From assembly GCA_964508305.1 (NCBI GenBank), contig CAZDSX010000001.1, forward strand, positions 43,388-107,387: a stretch of DNA of 64,000 nucleotides, read 5' to 3'. Below are positions 9,541 through 18,908 of this stretch, one piece after another (positions within the stretch are counted from its first letter, which is position 1; every line of letters starts with the position of its first letter). A program made the position numbers and the translations under genes. The notes under the pieces are model-generated. The model had not been told where the DNA came from and ran no database searches. It saw only the letters and a list, made by a program, of their open reading frames with translations. Origin of the DNA: an uncultured Bacteriovorax sp. (GTDB lineage: Bacteria > Bdellovibrionota > UBA1018).

Positions 9541-10280
9541 GGGTTTTGCTCCCTTGCTTCGGTTGGACCCGGATTCGCTGCCCCAGTCAAGGGCAAGACG
9601 TGAGCCGAAACGGTCCAGCCTTCGAGTTGCGGAGACACTCTCACGCGAACCCAGCCGGACGAAGTCTGTGCCGTGGTGATCCGGAGCTCGGCTCCGGGTT
9701 GAGCCTCACCCAGCAGCGGAAAGTCCTCGCCGGGTCCGCTGCGAACCTCCAGCTGCGCCACGGCGCGCGCGGGAGGCGAGGACAGCGACATCCCGTGCAC
9801 GACGGCAAGGGCAAGTGCCGCCCCAAGCAGAAGCAGGCAGGCCAAAAGCGAGCGTCGCCGGAGCGGGCCACGCCCGGGGCGTCTCCACAGGCGGAGTGCG
9901 ACCAGCAGCGAAAGTGTTGCGACCAGTGACTCCAGGGGAAAAAGCATGGGCCCATCACCCAGGCGCTCCAGTGGCGTGGACGCGCGCTCCAGCCCGCCGC
10001 CTCCGGTGCGCTCCTCGGCCTGGGTCCGCGCCATCGAGAGTGCGGGTGAGATCTGCTCGAGCGAGGCGCCGAGGGCTTTGGCTCGGAGCAAATGGGCAAG
10101 CGCCTCGCCAGGCTGCCCATTTTGGAGATAAATTGCGCCCACGGTGTAGTGATGCAGTGCGGCGCCCGCCCCGGGGTCCGAGGAGAGCAGCATTTCGAGT
10201 GCTTTCGAGGGGTTTCCGCCCTGCGCCAGGCGGGATGCTTCGCGCAGGCTCTCGGCATGGGTTGGCGGCATGCGCCCCAA
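9537..10280 (-). CDS. TPR-like / single-TM / SH3b-domain protein (true start probably Met4, about 10271)
   Basis: TPR-like N-terminus, hydrophobic segment LLACLLLLGAALALAVV, then C-terminal bacterial-SH3-like VAQLEVRSGPGEDFPLLGEAQPGAELRITTAQTSSGWVRVRV. Confidence 0.45.
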   Translation of the reverse strand: MGRMPPTHAESLREASRLAQGGNPSKALEMLLSSDPGAGAALHHYTVGAIYLQNGQPGEALAHLLRAKALGASLEQISPALSMARTQAEERTGGGGLERASTPLERLGDGPMLFPLESLVATLSLLVALRLWRRPGRGPLRRRSLLACLLLLGAALALAVVHGMSLSSPPARAVAQLEVRSGPGEDFPLLGEAQPGAELRITTAQTSSGWVRVRVSPQLEGWTVSAHVLPLTGAANPGPTEAREQNP

Positions 10281-10369
10281 ATTAGCGAGCCTTTAGCCCT
10301 CCTTGCAACAAAAATAAGCCGATGATATTCCATCGGAATTCCTTATTTCCTCAAGGGAGAAAGCACCCG

Positions 10370-11782
10370 ATGTCCACGCATCAGACCCATGCATCCCGGC
10401 TCGTGAGTTCCCCGCAGTTTGTCAGCGCTCGTGACCAGCTCATCGAGTTGGTCGGCCATGCAAGCAGCGCGATCACTGGTGTGCGCCCGGCCGAGTCGGC
10501 CGAACTGAAGAGCAGGTACCAGGAGCTTCTCTCGCAATTCCAAAAGGACCGGGGAAGGGAACTTTTCTTTCCGTACCTTGCCTCAGGCCTTGGGCGCGGG
10601 CCCTGGGTGGAGCTCGAAGACGGAAGCGTCAAGTACGACATGATTACGGGCATCGGCATCAGCTTTTTTGGCCACTCGCACCCGGAGCTGATGCGTGCAG
10701 CCATGGACTCGGTTTCGGCAGACATCTACCAGGGAAACCTCGAGCCAGGCATCGAAGTGGCGCAACTCCTTCGGGCGATTCTCTCCCGCGTGGAGGGATC
10801 CTCCCGGTTGCGCAAGGGCTGGGTGACGACTTGCGGCACAATGGCCAATGAGATCGCGCTCAAGATCATTCGCCAGAAAAAGTTTCCCGCCACCCGCATC
10901 ATTGCCTTCAACGACTGCTTTGCTGGCCGCTCCACGGCCATGCAGGAAGTGACTGACAACGCCAAGTACCGTGAAGGGCAGCCGACATATGGCGAAGTCA
11001 GCTATGTGCCCTTCTACGACCCCAAGCTCGGAGTCGAGCGATCGGTCGAGAATACCCTGGCCGCGCTTGAGTCCCACCTGGCGCGTGCTCCCGGAAAATA
11101 TGCGGGCCTCATGATCGAGCCCGTCCAGGGAGAGGGTGGCTTCAACTTCGCCCCGCGCGAGTATTATGTCCGGGTCTTCGAAGCCGCTCGCAAGGCGGGG
11201 CTCGCCATCTGGGCAGATGAGATCCAGTCTTTTGGGCGCACCGGGAGTTACTTTGCCTTCCAGACCTTTGATCTGGGCGAATATGTGGATGTGGCCACAG
11301 CAGCCAAGATGCTCCATGCCTCGGTCGTGTTGTTCACTGAGGAGTTCAACCCCAGGCCGGGATTGGTGGCTGGAACATTTACGGGCACCTCGTCGAGCCT
11401 CAGTGTGGCGCGGCGGATCGTTGAGCTCCTGGACCAGGGCTACCATGGCCCCGGCGGTCATGTGGCCCGACTCTCATCCCGGTTTGCGGCAAGAATCGAG
11501 GAAATGGCGCAGGGGTCCTGCAAGGGCCTGATCGGCGAGTGGCGAAACATCGGGGGGATGATCGCGCTCCAGCCACTTTCTGGAACCCTGGACGAGGTCA
11601 AGTCCGTGCTCATGAAGATGTACGAACTTGGAGTGGTGGCATTTTATTGCGGACATGGGCCCATACTGATCCGGATGCTGCCGCCGCTCGGGGCGATGAA
11701 CGAGGAACAGGTCGATGAGGTGTGCTCGATCATCGAGGCGGCAATTCTCGAAGTCTCGAAAAGCAGAAAGACAGGGAACTGA
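10370..11782 (+). CDS. class-III PLP-dependent aminotransferase (AstC analogue; N-terminus resembles lysine 6-aminotransferase family)
   Basis: GPW...GIGISFFGHSHPEL, MANEIALKI, EPVQGEGG, ADEIQSFGRTG (class III aminotransferase motifs including the PLP Lys region). RBS gggagaaag before ATG 10370. Confidence 0.75.
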   Translation: MSTHQTHASRLVSSPQFVSARDQLIELVGHASSAITGVRPAESAELKSRYQELLSQFQKDRGRELFFPYLASGLGRGPWVELEDGSVKYDMITGIGISFFGHSHPELMRAAMDSVSADIYQGNLEPGIEVAQLLRAILSRVEGSSRLRKGWVTTCGTMANEIALKIIRQKKFPATRIIAFNDCFAGRSTAMQEVTDNAKYREGQPTYGEVSYVPFYDPKLGVERSVENTLAALESHLARAPGKYAGLMIEPVQGEGGFNFAPREYYVRVFEAARKAGLAIWADEIQSFGRTGSYFAFQTFDLGEYVDVATAAKMLHASVVLFTEEFNPRPGLVAGTFTGTSSSLSVARRIVELLDQGYHGPGGHVARLSSRFAARIEEMAQGSCKGLIGEWRNIGGMIALQPLSGTLDEVKSVLMKMYELGVVAFYCGHGPILIRMLPPLGAMNEEQVDEVCSIIEAAILEVSKSRKTGN

Positions 11783-11784
11783 AC

Positions 11785-13275
11785 GTGCGCCAGCTCATTG
11801 AAGAGGCAAGGAAGATCATCTCGATCCCGTCCGTGACGGTGGACGGAAACGAAGAGCTTGCCAACTATGTTTCAACCCTGATGCGCGCCCGCGGCCTCAA
11901 GGTCCAGCTCCAGCAAGTGGGCCACTCGATCGACGGAGTTTCGAAGAGGCAGTTCAATGTCCTCGGTGTTTTTGGCGACCCACTGGTCGATAAAAAGACG
12001 CGCAAGGGGCTCCTCCTGCTCACCCATCTGGACACCGTCGGTCCCGGCAGACGCGAGAACTGGACGGAGACCGGTGGGGACGCCTTTGCGGCAGCCGTGA
12101 AAGACGGAAAAATTTATGGCCTGGGCTCGGTTGACGGGAAACTCGACTTCCTCGCCAAGCTCCGAGCCATCGAGAAGTTCCGGGAGCGGAAACTCAAGAT
12201 GCCGATCTACCTGGTCGGAAGCTGTGGAGCCGAGCTGGGAATGTTCGGCACGAAGTACCTGATCAAGTCCATGGCCCTCAATCCCCGGTTCGTGGCAGTG
12301 GGTGAGCCTTCGGAGCTCAAGGTCGTGTATGCGCACAAGTGTTACAGCATCTTTCGCGTGGCGATCGGCTATTCAAGGGTTTCAAAGGACGCCAAGGGTT
12401 TCAATCGGCGCGTTTTGCTAAAGGCCTTTGGACGTTCGGCCCACGGAGCCTATCCCGAGCAGGGGGTGAACGCGATCCTGCGCCTGCTCGAATTCATCCG
12501 CGTGGCGACGGAGGCTGGTTTTGACGTCAGGCTCACCCGTTGCTCCGGTGGCGACACCGTCAACAAGGTTCCAGACCAGGCGGAGGCCGAGTTTTTCGTG
12601 ACCTCCCACCAGCTGGAGGACTTCAAGCGCTTCTTCACCGACTATTGCCGGGACTCCGGGCTTTCGGATGCTTTCGTGGCGGAGTTCGGGGGGCTTGGAG
12701 AGAGTGGCGTCCAGTTTCTGCCCGAGCAGGTGTTCCAGGCGCTCTGTGATTCCGTCGGACTCTTTGGCCAGTTCTCGGCAGAGCTTGGCGCAGAGTCGGA
12801 TGAGACATTTGAGCCCCCGCATTCAACGATCAACTTTGGGCAGCTTCGTGAGAGGCCGAACGTCATGGAGCTTCTTTTTGACGTGCGCCTGCTCCCCGGC
12901 GTGTCGCCTGAACAGGTCGAGGCACGGATTATCGGAGCCTTTCAGCAGCTCTCGACGCACTACCCGGGCCTCAATCTCTCGGTTGTGAGGGAGAGGATGA
13001 ACCCCGGGCTGGGAATGGGCTGGGAGCACGAACTCATGCGGATTTGCAGGGCTGCAGTGGTTGAGTCCGGCCTTCACGACGGCGAAAGGGGTTTTGCAAA
13101 GATGGCCACATCTACCGAAGCGGCCCAGTACTTCCTTGCTGGATATGAAGCCATTGTCTTCGGCCCGGGCAGCTCACAGGGCAACAGCCACGGACCGAAT
13201 GAGTACAATTGGATTGAACAGCTTGAGAAGGCCACACGGTTCTACGAAAAGCTCATCGAGAAGACCTGCGTATGA
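11785..13275 (+). CDS. M20-family amidohydrolase (ArgE/DapE-like; candidate N-succinyl-amino-acid desuccinylase)
   Basis: GTG start 3 nt after the upstream stop. M20 motifs LTHLDTVGPG, GLGSVDGK, and a dimerisation domain with FGRSAHGAYPEQGVNAI. Confidence 0.7.
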   Translation: MRQLIEEARKIISIPSVTVDGNEELANYVSTLMRARGLKVQLQQVGHSIDGVSKRQFNVLGVFGDPLVDKKTRKGLLLLTHLDTVGPGRRENWTETGGDAFAAAVKDGKIYGLGSVDGKLDFLAKLRAIEKFRERKLKMPIYLVGSCGAELGMFGTKYLIKSMALNPRFVAVGEPSELKVVYAHKCYSIFRVAIGYSRVSKDAKGFNRRVLLKAFGRSAHGAYPEQGVNAILRLLEFIRVATEAGFDVRLTRCSGGDTVNKVPDQAEAEFFVTSHQLEDFKRFFTDYCRDSGLSDAFVAEFGGLGESGVQFLPEQVFQALCDSVGLFGQFSAELGAESDETFEPPHSTINFGQLRERPNVMELLFDVRLLPGVSPEQVEARIIGAFQQLSTHYPGLNLSVVRERMNPGLGMGWEHELMRICRAAVVESGLHDGERGFAKMATSTEAAQYFLAGYEAIVFGPGSSQGNSHGPNEYNWIEQLEKATRFYEKLIEKTCV

Positions 13276-14309
13276 TCCTTCTTAGGGAAGTCCAGGAGCG
13301 CGATCTGGGAGACTTGGAGCGCCTCGCGCAGGTCCCGGGATTCATCAACCTGCAGGGCGATCGAGATTTGTTGCGCGAAAAGATCAAGCGCTCCCGGGAC
13401 GCCTTCCTCGGCCGGGTGGATGATCCGAGCGAGCGAAAATTCATCTTCGTTGCCGAGGATCTCGAGCGTGGTGCGGTCGTGGGCACCTCGATGATTGCCT
13501 CCCAGCACGGAAGTCCGGAGTCGCCGCACTTTTATTTTCAGGTGGGGAATGAAAAGCGATTCTCCGAGTCCATTGGAACAGGCTTCATCCACGGAACGCT
13601 TGAGCTCAAGTTTGAGTCCGATGGTCCCTCCGAGCTTGGTGGGCTTGTGCTTGACCCGGAGTCCCGCAACCTCACGGCGCGCCTCGGGAGACAGATCTCT
13701 TTTGTGAGGTTCCTCTACCTTGCCCTGCATCGCGAGCAGTTCAAGGACCGGCTGATTGCGGAGCTCCTTCCGCCCCTCAATAAAAAGGGCCAGAGTCCGC
13801 TCTGGGAGGCAATCGGCCGGCGATTCACCAACATGGACTACTGGGAGGCCGACCAGCTTTGCCAGAAGGACAAGGAGTTCATTTTCTCGCTCTTTCCGTC
13901 AGGCAAGATCTACACGACGTTCCTGACCGCAGAGGCACGCAACGCGATCGGAAAAGTGGGCAAGGACACGGAGCCCGTGGTCCACATGCTCAAGAAGGTG
14001 GGGTTCAAGTACCTCCAGCAGGTGGACCCGTTTGACGGAGGTCCGCACCTCTGGTGCAACGTGGATGATTTGCTGCCCGTTGGAAAGCTCGCTAGAGCCG
14101 AGTATCGCGGCGCAAGTGCAGGAAGCGGTGAGTTTGCGCTCATCTGCGGAGAGCGGCAGTCTCCTGGTGAATTCAGGGCGATGTGCGTGCCCATCCATCA
14201 TGAAGGAGCCGCGGTGACGGTTGGAATCACCGAGCCAGAGGCCAAGACCATTGAGTCCGCCCTCGGGCTGCGCCCGGGCGAGCGTGTCGCCGTGATGCCG
14301 TTTTATTGA
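13272..14309 (+). CDS. astA: arginine/ornithine N-succinyltransferase AstA family
   Basis: MILLREVQERDLGDLERLAQ...GFINL, FIHGTLELKFESDGPSELGGLVLDP, YLQQVDPFDGGPHLWCNVDDL track the AstA family over the full length (345 aa). 4-nt overlap with the upstream gene. Confidence 0.85.
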   Translation: MILLREVQERDLGDLERLAQVPGFINLQGDRDLLREKIKRSRDAFLGRVDDPSERKFIFVAEDLERGAVVGTSMIASQHGSPESPHFYFQVGNEKRFSESIGTGFIHGTLELKFESDGPSELGGLVLDPESRNLTARLGRQISFVRFLYLALHREQFKDRLIAELLPPLNKKGQSPLWEAIGRRFTNMDYWEADQLCQKDKEFIFSLFPSGKIYTTFLTAEARNAIGKVGKDTEPVVHMLKKVGFKYLQQVDPFDGGPHLWCNVDDLLPVGKLARAEYRGASAGSGEFALICGERQSPGEFRAMCVPIHHEGAAVTVGITEPEAKTIESALGLRPGERVAVMPFY

Positions 14310-14318
14310 GGAGTCGCC

Positions 14319-15836
14319 ATGTTCAAGGGTGATTTTATTTCTGGTCGTTTCTCTCCCGTTCCTGCGCAGGGCCGAAGCGCCGAGTGGACGCTCAAGAGCC
14401 CCGCCGATTTTGGCGACGTGATCGGGGATGTGGCTTGTTCCTATGCATCGGTAGAGCGGGCCGTGGAGGCGGCACGCCTTGCCTTTCGCACCTGGCGAAG
14501 GACGCCCTTGTCCGAACGCATTAGTGCGCTCAAGAGGTACCAGGAGCAGATCAAGCTTCGCGAAGACCAGCTCATTCGGATCATCTCGCGAGAGGTGGGC
14601 AAGCCCCTCTGGGAGTCCCGGACGGAAGTGGCCTCCATGCTGGCCAAGGTCGATATCTCGATCCAAGACGGGCTGAAGCTCGTCTCGGACTATTCCATTG
14701 CGTCGATCATGGAAGGCACTGACGGTGTTTGTCGCTTCAGGCCACACGGAGTGATGGCCGTCATTGGCCCGTTCAACTTTCCCGGACACCTTCCCAATGG
14801 TCACATTGTTCCTGCGCTCCTGGGTGGGAATACGGTGGTCTTCAAGCCATCGGAGAAGACCCCAGGCACGGCGCAGGTCATGGCCGAAGCCTTCGAGGCC
14901 GCAGCTTTTCCCGAGGGGGTTTTCAACCTGGTGCAGGGCGAAAAGGAAGTGGGTCGCCGTCTCTGTGTGCATCCCGATGTTGCGGGCGTGCTTTTCACCG
15001 GCTCCTATGAGGTGGGCACCCGCATCAAGCAGGATACCCTGCTCCAGCACTGGAAGATCCTTGCGCTTGAGATGGGCGGAAAGAACGCCACGATCGTCCT
15101 CAAGGATGCCGATCTTGGGGTGGCGCTTCAGGAAACCCTGGTTTCAGCCTTTATCACGGCAGGCCAGCGTTGCAGCGCAACGAGCAGGGTGCTTGTGCAC
15201 GAATCCCTTCTTCCCGAGTTTCTGGAGAAGCTTCACGCCAGGGCAAAGGCGTTTGAAATAGGCCACTGGTCAGAGTCCGTATTCATGGGCCCGCTGATCG
15301 AACCAGCAGCCGTAGATCGCTATACGAAGTATCTGGGGATCGCAGCACGCGAGGGCTGTGAGATGGTCATGCGCGGGAAGGCTCTCGAGCTGCAGCGCCC
15401 GGGCAACTACGTTGCGCCCTCCATTGCGTGGGTGAAGAATCCCTCGATTGAGTCCACTCGCAAGAGCGTATTCCAGCAAAGCGAACTCTTTGCGCCCTGC
15501 CTTGCCGTCCTCGGATTCAGGGAGCTTGAGGAGGCCGTGGCGCAGGCCAACGAGACCCAGTTCGGGCTCGTTGCCAGCGTGTTCACGCGCGATCGCGCGG
15601 CATTCTTGGCCGCGCGCGAGGATCTTGAGATGGGTCTGGTCAACTGGAACAAGTCCACCGTCGGGGCCTCATCACGGCTTCCATTTGGTGGATTCAAGAA
15701 GAGTGGAAACCATTTTCCCACGGCAGTGGCCGCCAGCCAGTACTGTGCTGCGCCCGTGAGCTCACTTGAAGTGGTGGAGCCCAAGGCGCCCGCCCTGGTG
15801 GCGAAAGCCTATCCGGGGTTGAATTGGGATACCTAA
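14319..15836 (+). CDS. astD: N-succinylglutamate 5-semialdehyde dehydrogenase AstD
   Basis: RFRPHGVMAVIGPFNFPGHLPNGHIVPALLGGNTVVFKPSEKTP is near-identical to the AstD signature. ALDH catalytic region ILALEMGGKN...FITAGQRCSA. Confidence 0.9.
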   Translation: MFKGDFISGRFSPVPAQGRSAEWTLKSPADFGDVIGDVACSYASVERAVEAARLAFRTWRRTPLSERISALKRYQEQIKLREDQLIRIISREVGKPLWESRTEVASMLAKVDISIQDGLKLVSDYSIASIMEGTDGVCRFRPHGVMAVIGPFNFPGHLPNGHIVPALLGGNTVVFKPSEKTPGTAQVMAEAFEAAAFPEGVFNLVQGEKEVGRRLCVHPDVAGVLFTGSYEVGTRIKQDTLLQHWKILALEMGGKNATIVLKDADLGVALQETLVSAFITAGQRCSATSRVLVHESLLPEFLEKLHARAKAFEIGHWSESVFMGPLIEPAAVDRYTKYLGIAAREGCEMVMRGKALELQRPGNYVAPSIAWVKNPSIESTRKSVFQQSELFAPCLAVLGFRELEEAVAQANETQFGLVASVFTRDRAAFLAAREDLEMGLVNWNKSTVGASSRLPFGGFKKSGNHFPTAVAASQYCAAPVSSLEVVEPKAPALVAKAYPGLNWDT

Positions 15837-15845
15837 CAAACAGAA

Positions 15846-15880
15846 TGGGCGGATCGGTTTCCCGATCCGCCCATTCTTGA
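15846..15880. terminator. perfect 15-bp-stem hairpin between convergent astD and cspA (bidirectional terminator)
   Basis: aatgggcggatcgg-tttc-ccgatccgcccatt, followed on plus by cttgattac..ctttttatta. Confidence 0.5.
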
Positions 15881-15899
15881 TTACAAACCAAACTTTTTA

Positions 15900-16106
15900 T
15901 TAGTTGGCGCGCATCACGTTGGAAGCCTGAGGGCCCTTGGGGCCGTCAATGAGGTCGAAGTCGACCTTCTGGCCTTCCGCGAGGGTCTTGAACCCCTCTC
16001 CCTGAATCGCGGAATAGTGCACGAACACATCGCGATCCTGGCCGTCAGCCTGGATGAACCCGAAACCCTTGCTATCGTTGAACCACTTTACCAATCCAGT
16101 TGCCAT
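15900..16106 (-). CDS. cspA: cold-shock protein CspA family
   Basis: [64 protein letters not shown] (RNP1/RNP2 motifs). Roughly 100-nt 5' leader upstream (16107-16210). Confidence 0.9.
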   Translation of the reverse strand: MATGLVKWFNDSKGFGFIQADGQDRDVFVHYSAIQGEGFKTLAEGQKVDFDLIDGPKGPQASNVMRAN

Positions 16107-16210
16107 TCAAGCACCCCCTGTAGAGAAAAACTGTCCCGAGCTTTCGCTTGCCTCGAGACGAATAAGCAACATGCACACAGGAGTAGCCGCGCCCCAGTGT
16201 TGCGTCAAAC

Positions 16211-16254
16211 AAAAAAACTGAGGCCCGCACTCTGTTTTTTTGAGTGCAGGCCTC
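16211..16254 (-). terminator. rho-independent terminator for the 16287..17642 minus-strand gene
   Basis: GAGGCCCGCACTC-tgtttttttg-GAGTGCAGGCCTC stem-loop. An A-run on the plus side gives a U-tract on the minus transcript. Confidence 0.55.
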
Positions 16255-16286
16255 GCGTTGATGTTGACATCTTTTGCTGGCGGGTG

Positions 16287-17642
16287 TCAGCGCCCGGCGA
16301 CCGGAATTGCCCCGCCCGTTCCGTACAGGAGACCGCCAGGGGCAAAGAACTGCTGGCTCTGCTGTGTGGGGGCCTGTTGCTGCATCTGCTGCATGATCTG
16401 CATCTGGGCCTGTGCAGCCTGCTGGTTGGCGACTTCAAGGATTCGCGTTGGCTGCGACACCGCAATCTGGCGCAGCTGGGTGCAGCGCTCGAATGATGCG
16501 CGATCCGACTTGTTGCATGCGCTCGCAAGATCCTTCTGCATGTCGCGATGGAAGGAGACGAAGTCGGGGTTCTGCATCAGCATCTGTTGGAGCACGGGCG
16601 CTGGAACGCCCTTGGCGACCTGTTCACGAGCGAACGCCGAAAGCTTGGCTGCCGTCAGGTTCCCGCGCATCTCGAACGCACCGAGCTGGGCGCGGCGGCG
16701 CATCGCATCCGACAGTTCGCCCGACTCGCCGAGCTCGGTGAGGATCTCCAGTGAGCGCTCGTTGGAGCTCACCGAGAGAGGGTTGGTCTCTGCAAGTCGG
16801 CGCGCAAGCTCCAGGCGGAGCTCGGCTGCCTTCTCTGCCGCCTTGGGGCTCGACTTATTGCGCTCAAGCCAGAACCTAATGTCTTCGTCCACCGCTTCAA
16901 GGTCCGAGCCCTTGAGGGAGGCAACCTTCTTCTTGAGGACCGCAAGCTGGCTGTCGGAGATGCTCTTGCGCAGGTCATCCGCCTCTACGTCATCGAGTTT
17001 GCCGCTGTCCACGAGTTGACGGATCGCAGAAAGCGCGCGGAGGTTGTTTTCCTCAGACCCGCGGCAGGTCTTGGCAATGTTCATCAGGCGCTCGAGGCGC
17101 TTTTCCTCGGCAAGCTGGCGCTCCCGAGCTTCCCTCGCGTCACGAGTCGCGACTGACTCGAACTTGAGGTCCGATCCAACCGAAGCCCTGCGCCAGACTG
17201 CAGGATCTTCGCTCTTGTCTTCCCAGGTAAAGCCAATGGAGACATCCCGGTCCTGCACCCCGATCGAGGTGCCGCCGACCATGCTGAGCCGTGAAAATAC
17301 CGACTCGTCTCCGAGGGCTGCCCCGGGGTGTGCCAGCTTCTGCTGGTTGATACAGCTCGCGAGCTGGTCAGAAGCCTGGATGCGGAAATCCTCGGTTCCG
17401 CCGTCTGACTGCCGGGAGGAGAAAATCACATGCGGGAGGCACTCGCGGTACATGAAGCCCACGAGGCCCACGCTGGTGCGGGTGTCGTTGACCTTGGCTC
17501 CCAGCTTCTGGAAGAGCGAGCTTGCCTCGGACCAGGACAGATCGCGAAGCTTCGGGGCCTGCGTGGTCTCTTCGCCTCGTGCGGTGATCGCCAGAAACAT
17601 GGCGCTCAGCATCAAAAACTTATGGCCGTGGGAGATCTTCAT
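16287..17642 (-). CDS. secreted hypothetical protein with coiled-coil region and Gln-rich C-terminus
   Basis: RBS aGGAAG before ATG 17642. Signal peptide MKISHGHKFLMLSAMFLAITARG. C-terminus QQAAQAQMQIMQQMQQQAPTQQSQQFFAPGG. High GC3. The N-terminal extension in the tool ORF is rejected. Confidence 0.5.
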   Translation of the reverse strand: MKISHGHKFLMLSAMFLAITARGEETTQAPKLRDLSWSEASSLFQKLGAKVNDTRTSVGLVGFMYRECLPHVIFSSRQSDGGTEDFRIQASDQLASCINQQKLAHPGAALGDESVFSRLSMVGGTSIGVQDRDVSIGFTWEDKSEDPAVWRRASVGSDLKFESVATRDAREARERQLAEEKRLERLMNIAKTCRGSEENNLRALSAIRQLVDSGKLDDVEADDLRKSISDSQLAVLKKKVASLKGSDLEAVDEDIRFWLERNKSSPKAAEKAAELRLELARRLAETNPLSVSSNERSLEILTELGESGELSDAMRRRAQLGAFEMRGNLTAAKLSAFAREQVAKGVPAPVLQQMLMQNPDFVSFHRDMQKDLASACNKSDRASFERCTQLRQIAVSQPTRILEVANQQAAQAQMQIMQQMQQQAPTQQSQQFFAPGGLLYGTGGAIPVAGR

Positions 17643-17817
17643 GGGTCTACCTCTTTCTTTCTCTCTGCCATGATGCAGAGCAACACCCGGGCCAATGCCG
17701 GCCGGAATTGCCCATTGGTAAGCGCCGCAAAACCTGATAAAAAACAGACACATAAACCGTGTCAGGTCAGACACAGGCCAGCCCCTTTTGGGTGCCGGTG
17801 TTGACGGGCTGGAGGCG

Positions 17818-17834
17818 TGTCGAAAGTTTCGACA
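17818..17834. promoter_or_regulatory. perfect palindrome TGTCGAAA-G-TTTCGACA 31 bp upstream of kdd start; candidate operator
   Basis: 8-1-8 inverted repeat seen directly. It lies in the divergent promoter region with a TTGACG -35-like hexamer at 17801 and a second IR GTGTC-N6-GACAC at 17759-17774. Confidence 0.35.
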
Positions 17835-17864
17835 GGGCCTTCGGTCGTTTTCCAGGAGCCAACC

Positions 17865-18908
17865 ATGTCCTTTCGACCCGCAGATGCCCTTGGTTTGCAG
17901 AGAGTGATCGAGCCGCGCGGCGTGGGAGCGCTCCCCCAGCAGGCCGAGCGCGTGGATCCTTCGCTCCCGATCGCCGAAGACGAGCTCCTCGTTGAGGTCG
18001 AAAGTCTCAACATCGACTCAGCAAGCTTCCATCAGCTCTCAAAGGCAGCCGAAGGCGACCCGGCCCGACTCGAAGAGTCGATCCGCGCCTTGGTGCGTTC
18101 GCGCGGAAAGCATCACAACCCGGTGACGGGCTCGGGCGGGATGCTCATCGGCACGGTCAAACAGGTTGGCCCGAAGTTTCCCGTCGATAAAAAGCCCGTC
18201 AGGCCGGGGGACCGGATTGCTTCACTGGTTTCGCTCTCGCTCACGCCGCTTGAGATTCGCAAGATCAAGAAGATCCACATGGGGATCGACCGAGTGGACA
18301 TCGAGGGACACGCCATCCTCTTTGCCTCGGGGCTTTTTGCGCGCCTCCCCTCGGACCTTCCCGAGACGGTGGCGCTTGCGGTGCTCGATGTGGCGGGCGC
18401 ACCGGCACAGGCCAGAAGGCTCGCGCGCGCCGGTGAGGTGGTGTTTGTCGTGGGGGGCGGTGGAAAGTCCGGGGTCCTTTGCCTGCATGAGGCCAAGAAA
18501 AAAGGGGCAATCACGATTGCCCTAGATTATTCGGACGCCGCTATTGCGCGCCTTCGCGGACTGTCTTTTGTCGACCATGTGATCCAGGGGGATGCCCGCA
18601 AGGCAGTGGAGGTCATGGAGCGAGTGCGAGCCATTACCGGAGGAAAGATGGCTGACGTGGTGATCAATGTCGCCAACATCCCCGAAACCGAAATGGCGTG
18701 CGTGCTTTCCGCACGCGATCGCGGTCTGGTCTATTTTTTCAGCATGGCCACGAGCTTCACCCGCGCGGCACTGGGTGCCGAGGGCGTAGGGGCGGACATT
18801 GAGCTTGTGATTGGCAACGGATACACGGCAGGTCACGCCGATCTGGCACTCCAGGTCCTTCGTGACAGCCCGGAACTCAAAAAACTTTTCACTGAGACAT
18901 ACTGTTAG
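17865..18908 (+). CDS. kdd: L-erythro-3,5-diaminohexanoate dehydrogenase
   Basis: RVIEPRGVGALPQ, ELLVEVESLNIDSASF, NPVTGSGGMLIG, IASLVSLSLTPL, LDVAGAPAQ, VYFFSMATSFTRAALGAEGVG, IGNGYT. This is colinear with characterised Kdd of lysine-fermenting anaerobes. AGGAG RBS before ATG 17865. Confidence 0.85.
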   Translation: MSFRPADALGLQRVIEPRGVGALPQQAERVDPSLPIAEDELLVEVESLNIDSASFHQLSKAAEGDPARLEESIRALVRSRGKHHNPVTGSGGMLIGTVKQVGPKFPVDKKPVRPGDRIASLVSLSLTPLEIRKIKKIHMGIDRVDIEGHAILFASGLFARLPSDLPETVALAVLDVAGAPAQARRLARAGEVVFVVGGGGKSGVLCLHEAKKKGAITIALDYSDAAIARLRGLSFVDHVIQGDARKAVEVMERVRAITGGKMADVVINVANIPETEMACVLSARDRGLVYFFSMATSFTRAALGAEGVGADIELVIGNGYTAGHADLALQVLRDSPELKKLFTETYC

